Positions 55,819 through 64,000 of a DNA stretch of 64,000 bases are shown in pieces (position 1 is the first letter of the stretch; each line of letters opens with the position of its first letter). The stretch lies in the NCBI GenBank assembly GCA_964234715.1, contig OZ174275.1; one strand, 5' to 3'. Made by a program: the position numbers and the translations under genes. Source of the stretch: Podarcis melisellensis (Eukaryota). The notes beneath the pieces were generated by a model. It was not told the origin of the DNA. It did not search any database and was given only the letters and a program-made list of their open reading frames with translations.

Positions 55819-56439
55819 CTTGAGACAATCTCTCCACTTAGCATAGTTCTCCCAAGTTCTCAATGCCAACAGCATCTGTGCTACATCTGAATGATTTCCT
55901 CTGTAGTCATACCAATATGCTTTAGGGGAAAATAGCACAATGTGTTCTCAGAAGGAATGGATGTAACTATTCCACTGTCTCAACTGATCAAAGGTGCAAT
56001 TCAATATGTGTGTTGCAGTATCAAGTAAAAATGATTTAAAGAGAAGTAGTTACTGCTAATAACAGTATTAGTTATTTTTTACTGACCTATAACAAAACAC
56101 AACATACAAAAAAAAAAAAAGCACACAGTCAGGAATACGAAACAGAACAGATTTCATATCTTTAAGAAGCAAAATGTCCAATCTCTGTTAATATATGTAA
56201 ATACGCATATTGATTACAATTCTGCTACCAACAATGGTTATCTTTTAACCCAACATGCCCCTGATCCATACTGAACACCCTTCTGAAGACTTTAGTACAT
56301 GAGACATTAGAAAGCTATGTATTTTATAGCGGCTTCATTAACTTATAACCCCAGAATTTTGGTTTCCCTCCAAACTGATGTCAAAGTTTTGTGCTTAATG
56401 AAGCTTTTATATAGCGTCAGATCTAGAAAACTAGAACTA

Positions 56440-56663
56440 CAGTCATACCTCATGTTACGTCCGCTTCATGTTACGTTCTTTCAGGTTACGTCCCATGGCA
56501 ACCCGGAAGTACCAGAAAGGATTACTTCCGGGTTTCGCCGCTGGCGCATAAGCGGTGAATCGCAACCCGCGCATGCGCACACACGCTACTGCGGGTTGTG
56601 CTCTTTTCATGTTGCGAATGGGCCTCTGGAATGAGATCCCGTTCGCAAACAGAGGTACCACTG
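56440..56663. mobile_element. Tc1/mariner MITE
   Basis: TA|CAGTCATACCTC ... GAGGTACCACTG|TA. Confidence 0.85.
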
Positions 56664-56937
56664 TATTCCATTAGACAACAGGGTGAAGTCCATTACTGTG
56701 CCATTTCACTCCACTGCCAAGGAACTGCTTTCTCCCTGTGGATTTAGGTATCCAGTCACTGACCTTGGGCTAGGAAAATCAGAAGATTCCCTGCAGTTTT
56801 GGATACGTTATTACATTCTGCTGATCTAAGTGCTTGCAGTGTTTGCAAAATTCAGGGCAACAAGGACTCAAACAATAGGAAAAGACTAATAATGCATTCA
56901 AATAATGCAGAAGTGGAGAGCCACATTTCCTCAAGGA

Positions 56938-57073
56938 CAGGCTTCCTCAAACTCGGCCCTCCAGATGTTTTTGAGACTACAATTCCCATCATCCCTGACC
57001 ACTGGTCCTGCTAGCTAGGGATCATGGGAGTTGTAGGCCAAAAACATCTGGAGGGCAGAGTTTGATGAAGCCT
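56938..57073. mobile_element. Palindromic hAT MITE (ACTACAA(C/T)TCCCA family; degenerate copies near 19110, 42960, 45140, 47710, 53595)
   Basis: Long inverted arms; TSD CTCAAGGA / CTCAAGGG. Confidence 0.8.
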
Positions 57074-57824
57074 CTCAAGGGCAACTTTCAAGAGGTTGCA
57101 CACCTGTGGTGGGTGCGGTCAGAGCAACAGTTGAATCATACGAAAGTTGGGTGTTTCTGCACAAATACACTACCTCTCTTCAGCAAAACAAAAAAGAGGC
57201 ATTGTCACAGTTCAAAGACACAATCAAACCAGGCAAAAACACTTGAGGAGGTTGCTGAGCAGGACAAGTGAGGAGTATGGTCTAGGGAGATTGCCAAGAG
57301 ATGCACAGAGAGGCCAGGAGGGCTGCATTTAACCCCCAGGCCTGACATTCAGTACCCCTAAAATAATACAAGCACCATTTAGAAAAAAGCAGAGTAGATG
57401 GTAGAAAATGTTTTAGTATTTTCATGGGGAAATAGCATGTTTCGTTTAGTGGCAACGCAATGGCTATGTTTATATTGGTTTTGTATATTTTGACACTGTT
57501 TTAAAACAATGTTAAATAACTGCCAGTCTAGAAATAGTTTAAACGTATAAGTTGAACATAGTATCAAAATCCTAATATCCTAGGGTGGGAAGTTCTGGTT
57601 AATTTTGCCAGAAGTTTTCCCACCTTCATGTCACTTGTTAAGGCTGTGGTCCTCAACCAAGTGTGGCATAAAGTGAGCGAGCTAAAAGGAAAATAAAAAT
57701 AATTGGATAAGATCAAAGATGGATGTAACCTGATCACAAGTATGAAGAAGGTGATCACATTTACTAAGGCACATTCTAAGAACTAGAAGCCTTCAACTAG
57801 AAAGAAATAAAATGGGAGAAGGAG

Positions 57825-58140
57825 CAAGGTTGTTGGCATCCACCTGTCTCGAGAGACAATGGAGTGCGCCTCTGAGAATGAAGTCAAACCACTGTGTTAG
57901 CAGCACCCAAGTGACCTCTCTGGGGCACAAGCCTGGCCAGTGTGTATGGAGGTTCTCAGCTGCCCAGACGACAAGCCCCCTGCCCTCAACCTCGTTGATG
58001 TGGTCCAAAGAGCAACACATTTGGCACCAGCCTGGCTGCAGGATTTTCCAGAAGGTGTACACAGTACCATCCAACTGTCTTAGGGACTCCACTCTGAATT
58101 AGTGTTTTCTTCTCCAAATGGGCTATCTTCCCAGGTGGAC
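57825..58140. mobile_element. Interspersed repeat, probably RTE-related retroelement fragment
   Basis: GC-richer block resembling a lizard repeat recalled from memory (TGTCTCGAGAGACAATGGAGTGCGCC...); family not verified. Confidence 0.4.
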
Positions 58141-60733
58141 AAGCCCCATCTGGGGACCCACAGGTTGAGAACCGCTGCTCTAACTCATCAAGGGTTTAAG
58201 ACCCATCAGCTACCCTCACCTGACTTAGCCAGCTAGTTGAACCCATTCCTGGTGTGTGGCCACTGTCACATGCTAACAGCCTCTAGAAGCCACAGGTGAG
58301 AGCTGAGTGGGTTGGGACGAAAGAAAAAGTACCCAAGAAAAAGCACAACGCTTCCCCCAAAAGAGGTACTACCATGACTACAAAGAAAACACAGTAGAAA
58401 AGAATGCCAACCTGAAAAGGCTTGCACAAGCTAGCGAAGGAAAATGAGTAGAGAGTTACTGGGAACTAATCTATGGCTTGGAACTCTAGAAATATTGTGT
58501 GTGCTTTTCTGGAATGAAGCACATTATATGCCAATGTCAGAGAACTAAACTCAGATTCTCAATGTAGCTACACAGCCTCTGCAAGTCACATCATGAGCCA
58601 ACGGACAAACAGAAACCCTACGTGGCAAGGAAAACAAAGTAGTACAAAACAGCAGGTCAGCCAAGGACAACGTCACTGACAGCTGTGCAAGTTCACTTGC
58701 GCTTTCCCATCAATAGTCTAAAGGTAAGCAACTCTTTGAAGGCACCCTGTTTTTATCATAAGCTGCAATAAACATTAAAAGGTTAATAGATCAATAGGCT
58801 TTACTCAAACCTAGAACAACTGGTTGTTTCTTTTAATGAAAGAACAGGTATATTTTAATGCAAAGCCATATGGGTATGCAGAGATGCTGTTCTCTTTTCT
58901 GAAATCTGCAAGCTTCTCATTCACTTCTAGGGGGCAACATAATCAATGTGGCATGCCCCAAGATCCTTTGCAGAATGCTGTCTGCAACTCACAAGTGATA
59001 TGCTGGTATTAGTAATACCCATCCCAGAGAAGGTGGCTAAGACTAAGGGGTTCAGGACATAACTAGAGAAAGCAGAGAGGCTCCCCACTTTATGTCAACT
59101 GGCCTCTCCCACCACAGGCATGCTGGTAACAGCAAGGTTCTTAATGCTCCCCGAGGTTACAAATTTCTTGCCTTGATTAGAACTGGTATTTCTCCATGGG
59201 GCAAATCATAAAATCTAGATAAGAAGTGTACTCCTGATACTGAGCATTGTCAAATTACTGTAAGAGTAGTGGTCATAAAGAATTATCTATTATCTATGCG
59301 TTCCTTAGAAAGAACAGACACTAGTTAATAATTACTGCTTCAGTGTGGTTGCTGCCCCATATGTTAACAGTGAGACCACACGGAAGGTGTCTACTGTTGC
59401 CTCCAATGTCAGAACCACTTGGAGTACAGTTTCCCCATTACATACATTACCACGAAAACATGGGAAGCAGCCATGTAAATGCAACACCCATTTCATTAAG
59501 GTATGAACTGGCTATAGGTCAGAATGCACACACAAGATCCAGTATGAAAAGGCTATCACATTAGATTTCTCATAAAAGCGGTTAATAATTTTCAGAATAA
59601 GACAATGGGACCACCCCTTCCTTGTTGTAATAGAAACGAGGCTTATCGTCTGCAGGACATGCTGAAAAGTAAGTTGTGTTTGTTTTTAACTTCACTATAG
59701 ACAGTAGTAATTTCAATTGCATTTCAAAGCAGTTTTCCTCAGATTTCTCCTTCTCTTATAAATATTCCACTTGAGAATAAAGGAAGAGAACTTTGGCTTT
59801 ACAACTTTGGGTGTATGCACATAATTCTTAAGAGACCACTGCAAATATTTCTCAAGTTTCAGATATGCAAAGAAAGAGATAGCAGAAAGAATGACAGATT
59901 TGAAGAAACACGCACCAAACCACTTTGATTATTTAACTTTTTATAAGTTCCTTTCACTGGTTTACAGAATTCTCCAATAAACAGAAAAAATCAACAGTTA
60001 TTCTCTATATTTAAATAGCCTCATTTTGTAAAAGATTGAACTGTGTTTCCCAAGTACTCAACCTAATTACTATGTTGCACCAAAAGGAACAAAAAGGGCA
60101 AGAAATCATGGGTATCATGCCAAGGACGGCAGGCACACAGATTTAATTTACTGGACGAACAAATCTAACAAGCACAAAACACATTCAAGTCTAACAAATG
60201 TATTGTGACATAATTGGTTAATCTCTAAGGGAGCACAAACTCTTGCTTGTATTGGCTACAACAGAGGAATATGGCAACCCATGCGGAAGTCTAACAGGAG
60301 ATAGAAATATGTCTAGAACTAAACTTTACTGTCAAATATCAGAATACCCAATTTTATAAAAAGGTTATATAAAAGGAAAATAACTGACTTCCATGAAATA
60401 TGTCCCCAGATCCTTGGAGCTGGCAGTGAAGACGACTTATCTACAACAACAGGGCACGCTGCTACTTTTGCTTTTGTACAACTGAGTATTTTCCAGAAGC
60501 AATACTGCAAGCAGGAAGACAGCGTCTACTACAGTATTTCCGTTTCTAGCAACGCAAGAAAACATACTTGACCTACAACGAGTTCCCAAAATAGTGCCTT
60601 CTTGTGCCTTTTCTTCAGTCCGGCCTCTCATCCCCCCCCCCCCCGTTTTATTAGGCCCTGGTGATTTAATTTTATGGAGTCATGCAATATGTCATCTGAA
60701 AGGCACTTCTGCAAAGCAGCGTACTTCTTGAAA

Positions 60734-60798
60734 CCCCGCCCTTCCTCCACAGCAAAGAAAGATCACATGACGGACTCAGAAAAGTAGGCAAAAGGTTA
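60734..60798. promoter_or_regulatory. Candidate intronic enhancer: GC box, TCACATGA E-box and DR1/PPRE
   Basis: CCCCGCCC 60734-60741; TCACATGA 60763-60770; AAGT-AGGCAA-A-AGGTTA 60782-60798. Confidence 0.4.
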
Positions 60799-63499
60799 CG
60801 CTGATGAACACAACACACCACCAAACTACAAAAGCTCCGCTTGCCTTTCACGCTCTAGCCTTGATTCTGTTTCAACTTCCCAATTCTTAGAAATGGGAAG
60901 CACCATCAATGTCCCAAGAAAACGATAAAGCACTTTGAATGATTCACACATACAAAAGGAAATTCACAGTACGACTAAAATTCGGTGCTTTCTTAAACAC
61001 AAGCTAACCCGGCAACAAATTCAACCCTCAGATTTATAAAAGTATAACATGGATATACAATATGGGCTGCAGGGAGTGAGAGAACAGGATACACTTCTCT
61101 CTCTCTTGTGCTGCTCATTTCTTGATTATGTCCCTGTCCTGCGCCCAAATGCTATTCTAGGTCCCAGGGCTTTCAAAAGGACATACATCCACATAACTTT
61201 GCATAGGATTAAAAATCCGTATAGCACAATCCTATGCATGTTCACTCAAAGACCTACAAAGTTCAATGAGACTCCCATTGTGGATGGAAGAGAAAAGCAT
61301 GAAAACCTTTTCTGTGAGGTTTCTTGTAACATCTAGGCTTATTTTTACTATTATTTCTCTCTCAGCATCATGCACTTTGGGCGTCCACCACTCAACTTTG
61401 GGAACATAAAGTGCTGCCTACCCTTCTTAAAGCACGATGCATTCACGAGATGCCCCCGCTTTTCAAATGCTTCATTGTTATGGCCCCCAGCCTCCCTATG
61501 CCAAGTGTGCATTGTCTGGTGAAATACTTTATGTCTAGTATTTCACCCCACCCACCCACGACAGGGCCAGCCTGAGATATTTTGCTACCAAAGGCAAACA
61601 TCCTGACAGCACCCCAATGCCCGCACCCCCACCTCCGGATCCCCACTCCATCCCCACCACTGCAACTGTACTCTCACCTGCGACTTTGCCCACACAGCCT
61701 CCACAATGCAGTGGCAAGGGCACAGCAGACAATGGTGCTGTGCCAGTGGTGTGGGAAGCTGTAGTGGGACTGGCAGCGGCGCATCCGTGGGGGCAGGGAG
61801 GGGGTTGGATCTGCCGCCTGAGGCAAATGGTTTCACTTCGCCTCCTGCTGCTGCTGCCGCCTTCAAATCTCCCCTGCCTTGAATTCAGCACTGTTGACAT
61901 TTCAAGGTATTCCACAGTTTTCAAGTCTGGTTTTTGCACAGAATGGGAAGATCCAATGTGTAAGCTTCCACCTGCCCTATATTAGAATGAAGTGTTTCAG
62001 GACTTTCAAAACCCCACGCTAAGATGGTCATTGGCTCCTCTGTTGCAGAGGTGATGTGGCTAGGTCACAGAAATCTCAAGCATTAGGAAGCAGTGAGCAC
62101 TTGGCTTAATACACATTTGATGGCACTGCACATGTGTTAACACCACAATAGCTACTTTTTATTTTGTCCATACTAAGACTATTCCTAATCTGCAGCTATT
62201 TGAGGAATCAATTACATGCTTGCAGCTAATATTGAAGACACTTTCCATTTAAAGGTGTGAGAAACAGGATCCTGCTTATAATATCTCACCCAGCTATTCC
62301 AGTTATACTAGAACTACCACATTGCTCACGACAATTTATCCCAAATGTATAGGGCCATGGTCAGGGGGTTGGTGCAGTAAATGATTTTAAAATAAAATGT
62401 TTAGAAATTCCTCACAAGAGCCCACTAAGAAGCCATCATCATCCTTTCTAAGCAGTAGCCAAGATATAAGCTCAGCCATTATTATGAGAAATTCATATTA
62501 AAACAAAAGCTTCCTTAAAACCAAAGTTTGCATAATGCCCTGTGTTTCCTCAGTATTAAATGAAGGTCTACAAGTTCCTGCAAGGCTCAGATTCTTGGCA
62601 ATATGCACAGCTGCAGGCTCCAGAATTACAGCATTAGTGGTTTATAGGGATAGGTTTACCTGTACACAATGTCCAAAGATTATGTATTATTTACCCAATT
62701 CCAAAATACACCCCCACTGCTGTCAACTCATCGCTGAAAGCAATGTTCTCAAGAGGTGCAACCAGTTCATTTTTTCCACTATTTGTATTGTATAGAGCTG
62801 CCCTTCCTCTGCAAAATGCACACTAGGGAAACAGAGGGTTTAACTGTACTAGGGAAACATTCTTTATTATGAAAAATACAGCTGCAATTCTACACTTACT
62901 TATCTGGGAGTAAGGCTCTTGAACCCTATGGGCTTACTTTTGAGACTGAACTGTAAACTATCCAGTGATTTTAAGGTGTGTGTGTGTGTGTTTTTTTAAA
63001 AAAAGAAACAATTTGATTGCCTGACTTCTAATGAAGTCCCCCCCCCAAAAAAACCCCCAATGTTTGTACATCACTGTATGCCATTGATAATATCAAAGGG
63101 TATAATTTCCTGTCAAGGTGAGACAGCATTTGTTTATTATATGTTGTCAGCCACTCCTCAGAGAAGACCATATTGTGAGCAACCTGGACTTTAAGAGATT
63201 ACAACGGAGCACTGTTTGCTCAGTAGTTCTTACGTAGTGGCAAAAGGTTTCACTCCAATGCAAAATACCAGCTAAGTTCAAGTAAAAGCTGGAAGGAAAA
63301 ATAGTATTTTAATAGCACAAGCAGAAGTCCTGCTGTGTTCAGCTGGGCTTGCATCCAAGTTAAGAGGACACCATGCAAAACTTCAGTCTAAATTTCCGTT
63401 TCCTAATCTTTGACAGGGCTCGATGAGCTCAAGGGGAGCAAAGAGCTCTGCTCCGTTAGGCAGCAGAAGACCCTCCTCCTGTCCCAGCTTGCTGCATGA

Positions 63500-64000
63500 A
63501 CGGAAGGAAGATTATAAACCGCGATTCTCCAGTGGCCCCTCTTGAACACCCAGGAGCCAAGTTGCTCCCCACCCTGGGATGTCCTTCCTCCCGCTAAGCG
63601 CCAGGGAGCCGCGGAAGAGGAAGGCGCTCACGTGGGAAGGGACTCTCTCGCGCACGCCGTCTCTCTCTCCTAGACAGTCCCTCAGACGGCGAGCGGAGCA
63701 CCCCCCGGGCACGGGAACCCCCGGGCACTCCCCGCCCCAGTATCGCCGCCCCCTCCGAGCCTCGCGTGCTCATCTAGATGTGCGCGGGGCAACCCTCCCT
63801 AAACGAGAACCGAAAGACACCAAACGCGGGTGGGGGGACGGGGGGGGGCAGAAAGACACAACTTACGGGCTATCCGGCGAGGAGGGAAAGGGGCGCCTCC
63901 TCGCAGACGGCTGTGAGGAGACGGAGAGAGAGCGCGCAAGAGTAGCACGCGCGCAGTGCAGCACCCTGGAGCGCCGCCGCTGCTGCTACCGGCTGGGTCC
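63500..64000. promoter_or_regulatory. CpG island / CPT1A promoter region
   Basis: Abrupt rise in GC and CpG content, with GC-box-like motifs, at the 5' end of CPT1A. Confidence 0.85.
63867..64000 (-). other. CPT1A: CPT1A non-coding exon 1 (5' end may lie beyond the window)
   Basis: Donor GCCC|GTAAGT at 63866 inside the CpG island; mammalian CPT1A exon 1 is also untranslated. Confidence 0.6.

Noticed and set aside
61535-61985. Overlapping GC-rich ORFs in CPT1A intron 1
   Set aside because: Derived from a GC-rich transposon-like remnant; no splice or homology support.

Overview
Vertebrate genomic DNA, most likely a lacertid lizard given the Sauria SINEs, a Bov-B 3' end and lacertid-type MITEs. 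Two tandem genes lie on the minus strand, in the same order as at human 11q13. (1) CPT1A: a non-coding exon 1 in a CpG island at the window end, then 18 coding exons (52433 down to 23642) giving 770 aa. (2) TESMIN/MTL5: CpG-island promoter at about 19.7-20.0 kb, 13 coding exons (19753 down to 2895), about 626 aa. All exons were traced by GT-AG boundaries and phase. Main finding: CPT1A carries two tandem, homologous versions of exon 9 (9a, 88 nt, 39893-39980; 9b, 85 nt, 39484-39568). They have the same phase, conserved core residues and mostly different synonymous codons, and including both or skipping both gives a premature stop. This is an apparent mutually exclusive exon switch in the catalytic domain that I do not know from mammalian CPT1A. 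Second finding: TESMIN has a 72-nt symmetric exon that completes the first CXC motif (truncated in mammals), plus an extra in-frame two-exon cassette. Introns contain SINEs, LINE fragments, hAT and Tc1/mariner MITEs (one nested), a fold-back inversion, and candidate PPRE, E2F and MYB sites. Comparisons with other species are from memory, not from database searches.
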